Shown here in pieces: positions 1 through 11,823 of a stretch of DNA of 64,000 nt. The notes under the pieces were generated by a model. It was not told where the DNA came from, did not search any database, and was given only the letters and a program-made list of their open reading frames with translations. A program made the position numbers and the translations under genes. The stretch is from positions 52,018,001-52,082,000 of the forward strand of contig NC_042997.1 of the NCBI RefSeq assembly GCF_006345805.1. Reading direction: 5' to 3'. Position 1 is the first letter of the stretch; each line of letters starts with the position of its first letter. The DNA comes from Octopus sinensis. Taxonomy: Eukaryota.

Positions 1-65
1 ACCCGTTACAGATGCATGTAAATAGATATTTATATAGTGGTTCATCATACGCCGATCTGCACATG

Positions 66-130
<65 letters not shown>

Positions 131-141
<11 letters not shown>

Positions 142-516
142 ATTATATAATTATTTATGGGAATGGCTTTTAACCTACAAACTTTATATTTACATATTAC
201 ATATTTTTTTATGGTGATCTCTTCCATATGTATAAATGCTTACCAAATAAAATTGCACTTCACCTTTGAAGCTTCAGCGAAGCTATAAGGTTATTCACAA
301 GCACTCAGTTATGAGAAACATAACATTATAGCAGAAACAACAGTAAGCTAATGAAGTTCATTACATAATTTCTTTTTCTTATGTCATTTCTCTCATTTCT
401 TTTTACGCTCTGTATTCGACTAACGCTTTTTTTCTGAAGCATATGTATACTGAGTTCTAGCACCAGTTATTAGTATCACTATCCCTAAGCGACACTCACA
501 CACACACACAGGCATA

Positions 517-557
<41 letters not shown>

Positions 558-559
558 TA

Positions 560-618
<59 letters not shown>

Positions 619-767
619 GTGTATGCGTATATAAATATATGTATGCATGATGTATATATATATCTATATAATATATAATATCTATGTATATATATATATA
701 TTATATATATTACATACATGCATACATATATTTATATACGCATACACATTTATATATATATATATAT

Positions 768-814
<47 letters not shown>

Positions 815-1080
815 TATGCCTTAGAGAAATGACATAAGAAAAAGAAATTATGTAATGAACTTCATTAGCTTACTGTTGTTTCTGCTATATGTTATGTTTC
901 TCATAACTGAGTGCTTGTGCATAACCTTATAGCTTCGCTGAAGCTTCAAAAATGAAGTGCAATTTTATTTGGTAAGCATTTATACATATGGGAGAGATCA
1001 GCATAAAAAAATATGTAATATGTAAATATAAAGTTTGTAGGTTAAAAGCCATTCCCATAAATAATTATATAATTGTGTGT
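131..1080. repeat. Long inverted repeat: ~260-bp arms (131-394 and 823-1080) around a ~430-bp (TA)n-rich spacer
   Basis: 823-1080 is the near-exact reverse complement of 131-394 (e.g. ttatttatgggaatggcttttaacctacaaac / gtttgtaggttaaaagccattcccataaataa). ORFs 45..227(-) and 988..1188(+) are mirror translations. Confidence 0.9.
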
Positions 1081-1305
1081 GTGTGTGTGTGTTGTGTGTG
1101 TGGTGTGTGTGTGTGTTATTATATATATATATATTTATATATAGTAAAAGCAATTAAGATTCAAGTGAGTTCTGTTGAACTCACATGAATGCGGTACTTA
1201 ACTTAGATGCACGTGTATTTGCTGCAATATTTGCAGCCTTAATATAGGTGGTCTTTGTACGAAACAATTGTACCGAAATATTGATCCATTTTTGTTGCTT
1301 TTTCT

Positions 1306-1352
<47 letters not shown>

Positions 1353-1363
1353 TATATATATAT

Positions 1364-1410
<47 letters not shown>

Positions 1411-1412
<2 letters not shown>

Positions 1413-1628
1413 GTGTACAGTTAAACACAAGAGAAAACTACCTTTACAGGAAATTTTTACACGCTAGAAGAAGCAGTCATAACGACCAAAGCCACATTTA
1501 AAAGCAATTTTCGGAGGAAATGAAAAATAAAAAACTTATACCTTGTTAAGAAAATAACAAATTCGTTATGACTGCTTCTTCTAGCGTGTAAATAATACCT
1601 GTTTTCTCTTGTGTTTAAATGTGTACTA
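1411..1628. repeat. Short MITE-like inverted repeat (~70-bp arms)
   Basis: tttacacgctagaagaagcagtcataacga pairs with tcgttatgactgcttcttctagcgtgtaaa; the outer arms tagtgtac..aaacacaagagaaaac / gttttctcttgtgttt..gtacta also pair. Confidence 0.8.
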
Positions 1629-1676
1629 TTTTATATTGAGAATATGTTGTCTATTGACTTTTTATACATGCTAGGC

Positions 1677-1732
1677 TACTGGTGGTGAAATTTCTAAGAA
1701 TATTCGCTACCCTATATATATATATATCTTAC

Positions 1733-1772
<40 letters not shown>

Positions 1773-1821
1773 AAGATATATATATATAGGGTAGCGAATA
1801 TTCTTAGAAATTTCACCACCA

Positions 1822-1824
<3 letters not shown>
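1677..1824. repeat. Near-perfect ~55-bp inverted repeat around a (TA)n loop
   Basis: tactggtggtgaaatttctaagaatattcgctaccc...cttacg and cgtaag...gggtagcgaatattcttagaaatttcaccaccagta. Confidence 0.9.
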
Positions 1825-1864
<40 letters not shown>

Positions 1865-1868
1865 ATAT

Positions 1869-1909
<41 letters not shown>

Positions 1910-1914
<5 letters not shown>

Positions 1915-2093
1915 ACGAAAAAAAACAAAAGACGAAGACAGGTGGTGAACAAAACAAACAGATGTATTAGTATAACGCTCAAAATAGAAAAAGTCTTTTA
2001 CGATTCGAGCCTACGCTCTTCTACAGAAAGGGACACAGAAAAAACAAGGAGAGAAACAAAGAGAGAAAAAATGTGTGTAGTGATTAACGATCT

Positions 2094-2100
<7 letters not shown>
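1910..2100 (-). repeat. Dispersed repeat carrying a degenerate minimal hammerhead-like motif (1995-2030); probably Penelope/retrozyme-related
   Basis: Minus strand reads cttt-CTGTAGA-a-gag-cgtagg-ctc-GAAT-cgt-a-aaag. It shares the flank gtatt...acgctca with the copies at 22505 and 22840. Confidence 0.5.
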
Positions 2101-2137
<37 letters not shown>

Positions 2138-2850
2138 GATACATAGATACATACATATATATTATATATATATATACATACAAGAAAAAGGTTGACAGTG
2201 TCTTAGAAGTTTGTATATTCGATTTGTGAATACACAACTGTATTGAATACTACTGACGGTAGATATTGATGTAAACATGTAAACATTCTCCCGACAACAT
2301 CTAGGGTTTTGTGCCTCTATAAACATTTACTATTACAACAGTTATCACTTTCGATATAATTCGAGTCTTTTATAATCTAGTGTGGGCACATACAAACTTT
2401 ATGTTTAAAATATGTATTTAATGTTGTAATATCGTTTCTTACTAAACTAGAATGTTTCTTTGACGTAATGTCTGAGAATAGGTCTGATAAAAATTCTATT
2501 TTAAAAATTTAGATTATTTTCCATACATCATCGGTACTCGACATTTTCTTTGTTTTTCTTAGCTTTGCAATATCGCTTCAATATGAGTGAATCTTAACAA
2601 TTTAGATAACATATTCAGACCAGAAAAAAATATTCTTAGTTTATTCAAACATTCTGTAAATAGTTATATATCAAGGTTTAGTTCACCACTTTGTACTTCG
2701 TTTCTTTGGCAGAGTTTATTCCATTACAATCATTCTTTCCAGGTATACGGTTAGGCGATAACTTGATATTTTAAAAGAATATGGTTTATGTTGTGAAGAG
2801 GAAGAAAAATCTAACGTGTCGGACGCTTGTCTTTTTCGAGTTGAGATAGT

Positions 2851-2917
<67 letters not shown>

Positions 2918-2938
2918 GAGAGAGAGTGTGTGTGTTGT

Positions 2939-2981
<43 letters not shown>

Positions 2982-3819
2982 TAAGAAATATAGAAAGAGA
3001 AATAGAGGTTTTATCACTAGACCACAAAATTGAGGTCTACTGTTATGAATGCACTGCTTCCTACAGTAGCAATACATGAATTGTGGCTTTTACACCTTCT
3101 ACCAACCATCACCAGTCTCGGAGACCCTGCAAAGGTCATGGGCGCATCCTTTCTTCTTCTAACTGAATCATAAACACAAAACGGGCTGAAATATCTCCGT
3201 GCTGACATTTAGTATCTTTATCAGAAATACGAAAATATCATCAGTATTTAACATCATTCCACTCTTTAACAGCAACAACATTCCGATGGAGGTAATAGTA
3301 TACAACAAAGAGCAGGTATCGAAAATTACACGTAATTGTCCTATTTCTGATGGATTCCGTAGTAGGATTCCACCCTAAAAGCATTACATTTTAGAAACTT
3401 GACTATTCCAAAGGAAGAAGGAAAGTATCGGTGGTAATAGAAGTCAGTTGGCTGCTTTTATATAACAGATATTGCATACTTTGAAATACGATCAAACAAA
3501 TAGGTTTTCGTCTTCGACTGGGAGTGGAGAAGAATTATGGATTCATCCTACGGGTAGATGAGTTTTGGTATCTTAAATCAGATGTAAAAAAATTAAGCAT
3601 GTAAATAAACAATAAACGAAATGATATGCATAACCAATTCCAAGTAAATAAAGAAATTCTAATAGTTATTATTTAAGCTTTTGTTGTGTTACCAATATAT
3701 AAAAGTGCAAAAGTTTTCAAAATAAAACTTTAAAATGGCGGTCTTTAGAATATGTCGTGCAATTTGTGAACAACAGAGCTGTTGCAAATAATCAAAGAAA
3801 TAAATATATTGCTTTCAAA

Positions 3820-3992
3820 TTCTGGAACAAGGCATCAAGTTCGGGAAGGGGATAAGTCGATTATATCGACCCCATGTTCGACTGGTACTTACTTTATCGA
3901 CCCCGAAAGGATGAAAGGCAAAGCCGACCTCGGTGGAATTCGAATTCAGAACGTAAAGGAGGACGAAATGCCGCTAAGCATTTTGCTCGGCG
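3820..3992 (-). mobile_element. tRNA-derived SINE, abundant family A (atcgaccccgaaaggatgaaaggcaaagtcgacctcggcggaatt core)
   Basis: The same core recurs at ~19258, 19540, 29128, 39300, 40205-40540, 56053-56525 and 61276. Confidence 0.85.
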
Positions 3993-4689
3993 AAACAAAT
4001 AAATATATTAATAAACAAAAGCAAAGGTCACTTTTTTTTCTGAAAACTTTGAAAAAAGCTTTTGCATATTTGTGAGAACTAAAAAGAGCTAAATTTAGGT
4101 TTTCATATTTATAATCGGCAACAAAGTGAAAGCTTTAGAAATACTGACCACCTTGTACAATGTCAGTTCTCAATGTAACATAACTAACCCATTTGCTACG
4201 CCCATTATTGAACTGACATGCCCAGCTGTCTTATTTCTTCTTTTGACACACCCATTAAGAATATTCTCTGGAAGATCGCTCAAACTCCTAGAAATAGCAG
4301 TCAAATTTCTTTCAAGTCATAATCTTAGTCTTGCGCTGAAAAACATATACAATGATTTAATCACAAATTTTTATCTATTTATGGATAGAAATATTAAAAG
4401 AAAAGGAATCAATTTGACAAGCTACTTGGAAACGAATGCTCAATTCATATCCATGAAGAGATCTGTAGCTTGTGGATATTTATAGTTTCTACAAACTCGA
4501 TCGAAGCTTAAATTGCTCGTCTAATTTGCATAACAGTGCATGAGCTGACGAAGCGGGTAGTTAATTGATAAATTAATGTGCTCCATAGAGTTGATTTCAT
4601 AATTTGTAAGATCTATTTTCTTATACATACATACATATAAACATGCACACACATATGCGCGATCGCACGCACACACACACACACACACA

Positions 4690-4726
<37 letters not shown>

Positions 4727-4737
4727 ACAAACACACA

Positions 4738-4769
<32 letters not shown>

Positions 4770-4790
4770 AAACACACACACACACATACA

Positions 4791-5610
4791 CGAGGTGCAT
4801 TCAAGAAGTTTAGAGACATTTTAGGAGAAGCAATTATGATTGTCCCATATTATTGTAATTTTAGTTTATCATTACTATACCTCTAAAAAGCTGACCTGCC
4901 AATCTTTTTTTTTTTTTTACTCCAGATTAAAGTAGACGGCCATAACAGCATTTTTAATTGATTGTCTCAGAATGCAGTATGCAGTCGAGATGTGAAAACA
5001 ATTTTGAAGCTCGCTATACAGTAATATACAATCACTACAGAAACTTATGAAATGCTCCAAATAGTTTGCGAATTAACTTGAATGAACCAAACATCAGTTT
5101 TTCGCTGGCACAAAAGGCCATGCAAAGTACATCCACCGGGAAGCTCATAATGATCCCCTTTTACGATAGTAAGGGCATCAACAATATCCACTGGTTTCCT
5201 TCTGGCCAGTACGGTTAAAAATGAGGTTTTTAAGGAATTCAGGGAGAGATTTCGTCGCAAAAGGTAGAGCACCTGCACCAGGACAATACGCCTGTCGACA
5301 ATTCTATCCTGGTAACCAACAATTTGATAGATGGGCATCAAACTGTCCCTCACCCTCCCTACAGTCCAGATCTTGTTTCCTGTAACTTTTGGCTATTCTC
5401 TAAGCTTAAGTACATTACAGAGGCTGTGACAAGGGTCTTGAACACCTTCACTTTAGAGGACGTTCATATGACCTTCACGAAATGGCTGGCGCTCCACAAC
5501 ACGTACACTGAAGTCAAAGAATCCTACTCTGATTAGTTTTGCACTTCTTCGAAATTAATGTTTCTCATGAAAAAAGTCTCAAAACTCTCAAAACTGCTGG
5601 AATGCACCTT
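4791..5610 (+). mobile_element. Degenerate, internally deleted mariner transposon
   Basis: Imperfect TIRs cgaggtgcattcaagaagttt / aaactgctggaatgcacctt. Remnant HPPYSPDLVSCNFWLFSKLK matches the mariner YSPDL motif. Confidence 0.8.
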
Positions 5611-5687
5611 TTGTGTGTGTGTATGTGTGTGTGTGTGTGTGTGTGTCTGTCTGTGTGTCTGTGTGTGCGTGTGTATGTATATATGTA

Positions 5688-5730
5688 CTAGCTTACGTAC
5701 CCAGTAATTCCCGGGAAAGCGGGGCTTATC
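5688..5730 (-). mobile_element. Helitron-type 3' terminus
   Basis: On the minus strand a GC-rich imperfect hairpin (cccgggaattactggg) is followed ~10 nt later by CTAG|T. The 5' end was not located. Confidence 0.5.
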
Positions 5731-6446
5731 CCTTGGTTCCGTTCTAATATTTGTTTCGCTAATCCAATAACAACAATACAAAGTATGTAGCCCTTAAAAC
5801 GGTTTTTGTACATTCACAGAGAATACCGAACTGTCTTATACAGGATCTTGTTTTTAATTTATGAATACCCAAATTGTGAAGTCAGTTCTGTAATAACATG
5901 AAACTAGTTACCCGATAGTAAGAATTCAAATAAAGTAGCTCCGAAAAGGGCTTTAATGCGTTCCCAGAGTTATAGAACACAGGAGGAAACACTAATAAGG
6001 TATGTATACTAAAATCGTGAAGCATGTTACCTAATAACAGGCTAATCAAATATGAGATAAGAATTCAAAGTAAATAACTCTGAAAAGGTATTTTGTGCGT
6101 TGCCAGAGAATATTACCCTCAGGTGCGCTAGCGTTGATATATTCGTGAATAAGGCACTAACCGAAATAAGTGGGTCTATTGTTTAGGAAAATACTATTTA
6201 CTTGTTTAAGGGTTGTACTGGATAAATTGTGAAAATGACTAACCGTTCAAATACTAAGAAATAAGCATACTCAATTTCATTTTTACCAAATAATTTAGGA
6301 AAGTGAATGTCATTTTCCTTGGCTATATATAAGGATCCCTTCCAGGGGACCTATTATCGATTTTTTTTTTCAACAATCTGAGTATGCCATGAGGTTTTCA
6401 GACATGAGTTCTATTCACATGTCAAGTTCAGAATTTCCCACATATG

Positions 6447-6478
<32 letters not shown>

Positions 6479-6499
6479 CTTTCAAAAGCTTTCACTTTA

Positions 6500-6818
6500 A
6501 TGCCTATTGGTTAGGGCATTCAGCTCATGATCATAAGGTTGTGTGTTCAATTCCCAGCGATGCATTGAGTTCTTGAGCAAGACACTTTATTTCACGTTGC
6601 TCCTGTCCACTCAGCTGGCAAAAATGAGTAGTATCTGTACTTCAATGGGCCAGCCTTCTCCCACTCTGTGTTACGCTGAATCTCCCTGAGAACTGCGTTA
6701 AGGGTACACGTGTCTGTGGAGTACTCAGTCACTTGCGCGTTAATTTCACGAGTAGGCTGTTCCATTGATCTGATCAACTGGGACCCACGTCATCGTAACC
6801 GACAGAGGGCCAGTTTAA
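6500..6818 (+). mobile_element. tRNA-headed SINE (distinct family)
   Basis: A-box/B-box-like tggttagggc...ggttgtgtgttcaattccc followed by the conserved ttcttgagcaagacactttatttcac core. Confidence 0.7.
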
Positions 6819-6963
6819 TGTGTGTGTGTGTGTGTGTGTGTGTGGGTGTGTGTGTGTGTGTGTGGGTGTGTGTGTGTGCATATGTACGTGTATTGATTTG
6901 GATGTATATATGTATATATATGTATGTGTGTATCTCTCTCTCTATGTGTGTTGTGTGCGTGTG

Positions 6964-6994
<31 letters not shown>

Positions 6995-7029
6995 AACCCT
7001 AGATAGCTGTAATTACAAGATTTGTGGTT

Positions 7030-7397
7030 TTATATTCTTTTATTCTTTTACTTGTTTCAGTCATTTCACTACGGCCATGTTGGAGCACCACCTTTAGTCG
7101 AACAAATCGACCCCCGGATTTATCTTTTGTAAGCCTAGTACTTATTCTATCGGTCTCTTTTGCTGAACGGCTAAGTTACGGGGACATAAACACATCGGTT
7201 GTCAAGCGATGTTGGGTGGACAAACACAGACACAAATAACAGGCACACACATACATAAACATATATATACGACGGGCTTCCTTCAGTTTCCGTCTACCAA
7301 ATCCACTCACAAGGCTTTGGTCGGCTCGAGACTATAGTAGAAGGTGCCGCGCAGTGTGGCTGAACCTGGAACCATGTGATTGAGAAGCAAGCTTCTT
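7030..7397 (-). mobile_element. tRNA-derived SINE family B, 3' part (its head continues at 8804-8839)
   Basis: Collinear with the intact copy at 38624-39065; interrupted at gaagcaagcttctt by the 1.4-kb insert. Confidence 0.85.
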
Positions 7398-8803
7398 TAT
7401 TTCTTTTAAATTGCCATAAAGGCATTACATAGAGGGGGACACTACAACACATGTGGGGACATATGACAAAATAATAATATGATACATGAATGATAACTGA
7501 GAAATGAGAATATGAAAGTGTGTTACTCACCCCACACTGAGTAACACCACTCGCCACCTCTGAGTCCTGAGTCCTCTTTAATCTTTGATCTAGTCTTTCG
7601 TTTACCATTTTACCCATCGCTGAGGAACAACACTCTCTCCTCCATGTACACGTAACCTTTTTCACCGGGGGAGGGGGTCTTGTAAATTTTGTGGTGTCTG
7701 TTCTTTCTTCTTTTTCCTGTGGGGAGACGAGGTAGGTGGCTTTGGTGTCTGTATGGGAAAGGTAGGTCTGAGGTGGATGGAGTTGGGTGGGATGGAGTTG
7801 GTCTGGGGTCCCACATCACACTGACTGTTCTTCCTCTTCTTTCTCTTGTTCCTTTTATTCTCTATCACTGACCATTCATCCTCCTTGTTCCTTCCATCTA
7901 TCTGTACTTCTTCCTTGTTCTCCTCCGTCTCCACCACCGCTTCTTCTGTCGTTTTCTTCTGCAGAGAGCAGTGAGCTCTAATGTGGCCCTTTTGGCCACA
8001 TTTAAAACATCGTGGGATTCTGCCTTCCACCCACACTCTTAACACAATTTCTCCCAACGTCACCATCTCCGCCAAACTCTCCAATTTCCTCTCTTCTGCC
8101 TGTGTTTTTCTTCTCCATCCTCCGTACTCCGTTTCCGTGGCTTGGAGGACAGCCACCTCCTCCTCACTTCCGACGAGGACGGCTGCCGCAACCCAAGTCA
8201 CTTCTATATTGGGTGGAATTCCTTCTACCCTCACCTTAGAAGTCTTTCTTCCAAAGTACGTGGGCAGAAGTACCACTTCCTCCGTTTTTACAGTTGCACT
8301 CGCCAGTTTCTTTGTCTCCTCCGCTGTCCTAAACTGGACAACCACCGTCCATATCCATTTCCTTTCGCTATGTATGTCACTTCCTTCGAAAGCCTCTTCA
8401 ATGCTTTTTCTACCTTTTCCATCTCCATCCGCTCCACCTTCCTACTCTCCACTGAGTACACCTTGTAGGTAATGGTTTTCTTTTCCCTATTTTCCATAAC
8501 CCTTTTCGCAGGTTTTTACATCACCGCCCACCTTCTGTATCAACTTACTCAGCTCCTCCAGTCCGGCTGGGTCCACCTCCCTTTTCTTCACCTTGCAGCC
8601 TCAGCAAAACTCTTTACTCTTTCCAAATGCTCGTCCATTCTATTTACCCCCTTAACGAGCTCCTCCTCCGCTGAGGACAGCTCATACTCGCTAAGGTCTG
8701 AATACATTGTCTCTACCGGTATAACATCCGCTGCCAAGCAGCACAAAAAATTCCATCCGACTCGTCAAAAATCAACACAGCGAATAGACCGACGCATGTG
8801 CGG
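7398..8803 (-). mobile_element. ORF1-only Tx1/L1-like non-LTR retroelement with 14-bp TSD
   Basis: TSD gaagcaagcttctt at 7384-7397 and 8804-8817. Minus-strand 3' end is aaagaaataaa. ORF1 carries a CCHC knuckle; no endonuclease or RT domain is present. Confidence 0.8.
7662..8755 (-). pseudogene. Frameshifted retroelement ORF1 (gag-like nucleic-acid-binding protein)
   Basis: Frames 8288..8497 and 7662..8345 give SKVRVEGIPP...RVWVEGRIPRCFKCGQKGHIRAHC (C-X2-C-X4-H-X4-C), typical of Tx1/L1-clade ORF1. Confidence 0.75.
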
Positions 8804-8839
8804 GAAGCAAGCTTCTTACCATACACCCACTTCTGCGCC
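8804..8839 (-). mobile_element. 5' head of the interrupted SINE family B
   Basis: Minus strand ggcgcagaagtgggtgtatggtaagaagcttgcttc matches the heads at 38624 and 50081. Confidence 0.8.
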
Positions 8840-8941
8840 TATATTTTAAGATTACATATATATAACATACAATTTTAGTCTCGCTATGTAAACGAAGTGA
8901 TTACATAGCAGGTCTTTATTTTTGTGTTAGCAGAACACATA

Positions 8942-9319
8942 CACTACCGTCAGAAATTAATTAGCACCCTTGATTTGCTCTTCACTCAAGGTATGTGCTG
9001 TCACCTAGTGGCCATATCTCGAACTATTGCTTTGTTGTGAGTTCACTGTTGCGCAGAACGATGACGTAACTTTGTTTGCAGAGCAGTTTGAGAGTCTACA
9101 GCCTTATGATGTTGACATAGCAGTGCAACAACAACTTGGAGTGCGGATGCAGACAAATCTTCCTTTGTTTAATAGATATAGGTAGCGCCTCGCAAGGACC
9201 GAAATCACCATACTAAGTTTTATCATCGCGTAAGACGTTTTGAACAGCTCATAGGTTAATTAATTTAACCTATTTAATGTAGAAATTTGAGAAGTGCTAA
9301 TTAATTTCTGACGCAAGTG
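8942..9319. mobile_element. Tc1-like MITE (~380 bp)
   Basis: TIRs cactaccgtcagaaattaattagcac / gtgctaattaatttctgacgcaagtg, with TA on both sides. Confidence 0.8.
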
Positions 9320-9532
9320 TATACTTTAAATCTGAAATTACCACTTAAATTCTGTGTAATATAATTAACAATCGTATATTAGAGAAATAGGGGAAGAAAA
9401 AGCAAGAAGTAAGGTAAAGAAATGAGAAGAAATAGAGAGAGGGAAGATAGGAGAAATGAAAAGGGGAGAGAGTGTGTGTGTGAGAGAGAAAGAGAGAGAA
9501 AAGAGAGAGAGAGAGAGAACGAGAAAGAGAAA

Positions 9533-9578
<46 letters not shown>

Positions 9579-10555
9579 GAGAGAGAGAGAGAGAAAGAAA
9601 GCGAAACAAAAGGATGGAGATAAAATGAAAAATGGTTATAGCTCTCAGCTCAAAACTTAGACATCTGTATTTCTTCATCTTCGAGACTGCTTCCTATAAA
9701 ATAATGGTTTTGTGGGATTTTTCAGGACGGGATGTTTGTTATGAATATGTACTGAAGATTTTATAATTCATTCCACTTATGTTAAAAACCAAGCGTCTTA
9801 GCAGCAAGATAGTTTGAAAGAGGCCAAACTTCAGAAGTTCATTTGCATTTATATGTGGCCCTTTTTAATGGAGAAGTCAATATGACTTGAGATAAAAAGT
9901 TTGATATGATCCATTAACAACCGATGAACTGGTCTTACCTTAGCAACACATTAGGCTACAAACATTGTATGATGTTCTGTTTAAAAAAAGAAATAAAATA
10001 TTTTGCCGAACATACAAGATAAATCTGGAATGAAAATATTCTCACACGTTGACAAATACAACTTCTAAAATAATAGGTTCTTTTGTTACAAGTTTTCTTT
10101 CAATCCTCCTGGATACAGGTGAATATTTTAGAATATTTTAACACAAAACACCAGGTCATGAGATTAAAAAAAACATACCGTGTGCATAGGAAATGAGTCA
10201 AACATGTGCATTAAAAAGTAGACATATATACTTTGAATATATTATAAATTCTTGTTGGGTTGTAAATTTTTTATTGCTTAACTTAATAACACACACACAC
10301 ATACACACACAGCTATGTCAGATTAGTTTGGCTAATGTTTAGCGTGAATTATTCCAGATAAGTAGATAAAAAGATGCTGCTGCAAAGGAATGTTTCTAGG
10401 AAAACTGTATAATAGTACAATTAAGTAGGAACAGACATACTTAGATGTAGTGAGCCAAAAATAATTTTTAGTCAGTCGAAATGTTACATATAATGAGGGA
10501 ATAAAGCATTAGTGCTAATAACATTTCTTATCAAAGGAGACAAGGGAGAACACTC

Positions 10556-11823
10556 TGAAATTTATACTGATTAAACATTTAATGGAGATATGCAGTGGGA
10601 AACGAGTCTGATATAGCTACCAAAGCCGAGGGATCATTTAAAGAATCGTCACCCTAGACTTTGGCGGCTGACAATTCTTCAGGTGGGATAACTTGGGATA
10701 ATGAATCTTCAGGTAACAACACCTGATGTGATAAGTTTTGAGGTGGGATCAAAGTGAGGTCATAAAACTGACGTATTTCACTGCTTGAGCTCAAAACTTT
10801 ATATTCATAACCACCAGTAGATTTTGGTATACATTTCCTTCCAACAGTCGTAATATTCCAGGTCCTTAACATATGTTCAGAACTGTGAAGTACTAAGTCA
10901 ATTTTGTGGGCATGAATACTGAAGTGCGCACAAAAACAATTGAATTATATTGAAACAAAGCACACGAGTTACATTTAAAACATGGTTGCAATCGAAAATT
11001 TTTAAATTTTTACGAGGTGCATTAAAAAGTTCCTGAGGTTTATTCGTTTTTCTGATAATATTGTACTGAGATAAACATCAGAGATGTTTTATTCCACGCA
11101 AAACCTTCAGTGTCTACTCAGAGGTATATTGCAATGCTGGAAACCCTTCTGTATTGTCATCAGACACCTCAGGGTCACAAGATTATCGACCCTTAACCTG
11201 AGTGATGCAGCGACAACTGAGCTTGTTTTCACCAACCAAAGGGTTCCACTCTTATCGACCATCTTGAGCTAGTTTCAGCTACAGTGTCTATTTCTTCAGA
11301 AGTCTGGGTTCCAGACCTATCTTCCGCAGGAAATAGCGCAGTGATATAGATGGAAAGTCGATTTCAATGGGGAATGTAGCCGGATGCTAGCCCTTAACAT
11401 GCGGCCTCATATGTCAACAAATTGTTGTTTGGTATCCTTTGCAATATACTATATATACTGTATTTTGAAAGACAGAATAATTGTTTCTGTAAATTTTGGA
11501 ACACAGTATACACTATTTCGATTATCTCTCTTAAAACTTTGTCATAAGCGATGTATTTTGCTGTGTAGCTTAAGTTAATTTTGAGACACAGTGTATTTTA
11601 TTTTTATTTTATTTTATCCTAAATATGCATTTTTATTCACTATAGGCTGGGATGACTATTATTCAGGTGGAATAAGCTGGGAATGATAATTCTGCAGCTG
11701 AAGTAGGCTGAGGTGACAATTCTTCGGGTGGACATTTTGGGATGACAATCTTTCAGGCGATCCAAGATCAAATTCGCTTCTCACTGCATATCTCCATTTA
11801 ATATTAATCATTTCACTTTCAGA
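10556..11823. repeat. ~1.27-kb element with imperfect ~60-bp terminal inverted repeats and subterminal minisatellites
   Basis: ttaatggagatatgcagtgggaa pairs with ttctcactgcatatctccatttaa. gacaattcttcaggtgggat-like units occur near both ends in the same orientation. Confidence 0.55.
11013..11340 (-). mobile_element. Mariner fragment (TIR plus decayed N-terminal transposase)
   Basis: tacgaggtgcattaaaaagttcc resembles the TIR at 4791; minus-strand decayed helix-turn-helix-region similarity by eye. Confidence 0.45.

Noticed and set aside
420-832. Many ORFs with YI, CV, HT, SL or RE dipeptide runs, here and throughout the track
   Set aside because: They are translations of (TA)n, (TG)n, (CA)n, (GA)n and (TATG)n microsatellites.
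3017-3208. VYCYEC in a plus frame, reminiscent of Ly6/three-finger proteins
   Set aside because: A stop follows within ~10 codons, with no further cysteine pattern or splice support.
4126-4485. 119-aa non-repetitive ORF
   Set aside because: No recognisable domain; it overlaps an interspersed repeat motif on the opposite strand.
8472-8849. 125-aa plus-strand ORF
   Set aside because: Antisense shadow of the purine-rich retroelement ORF1.
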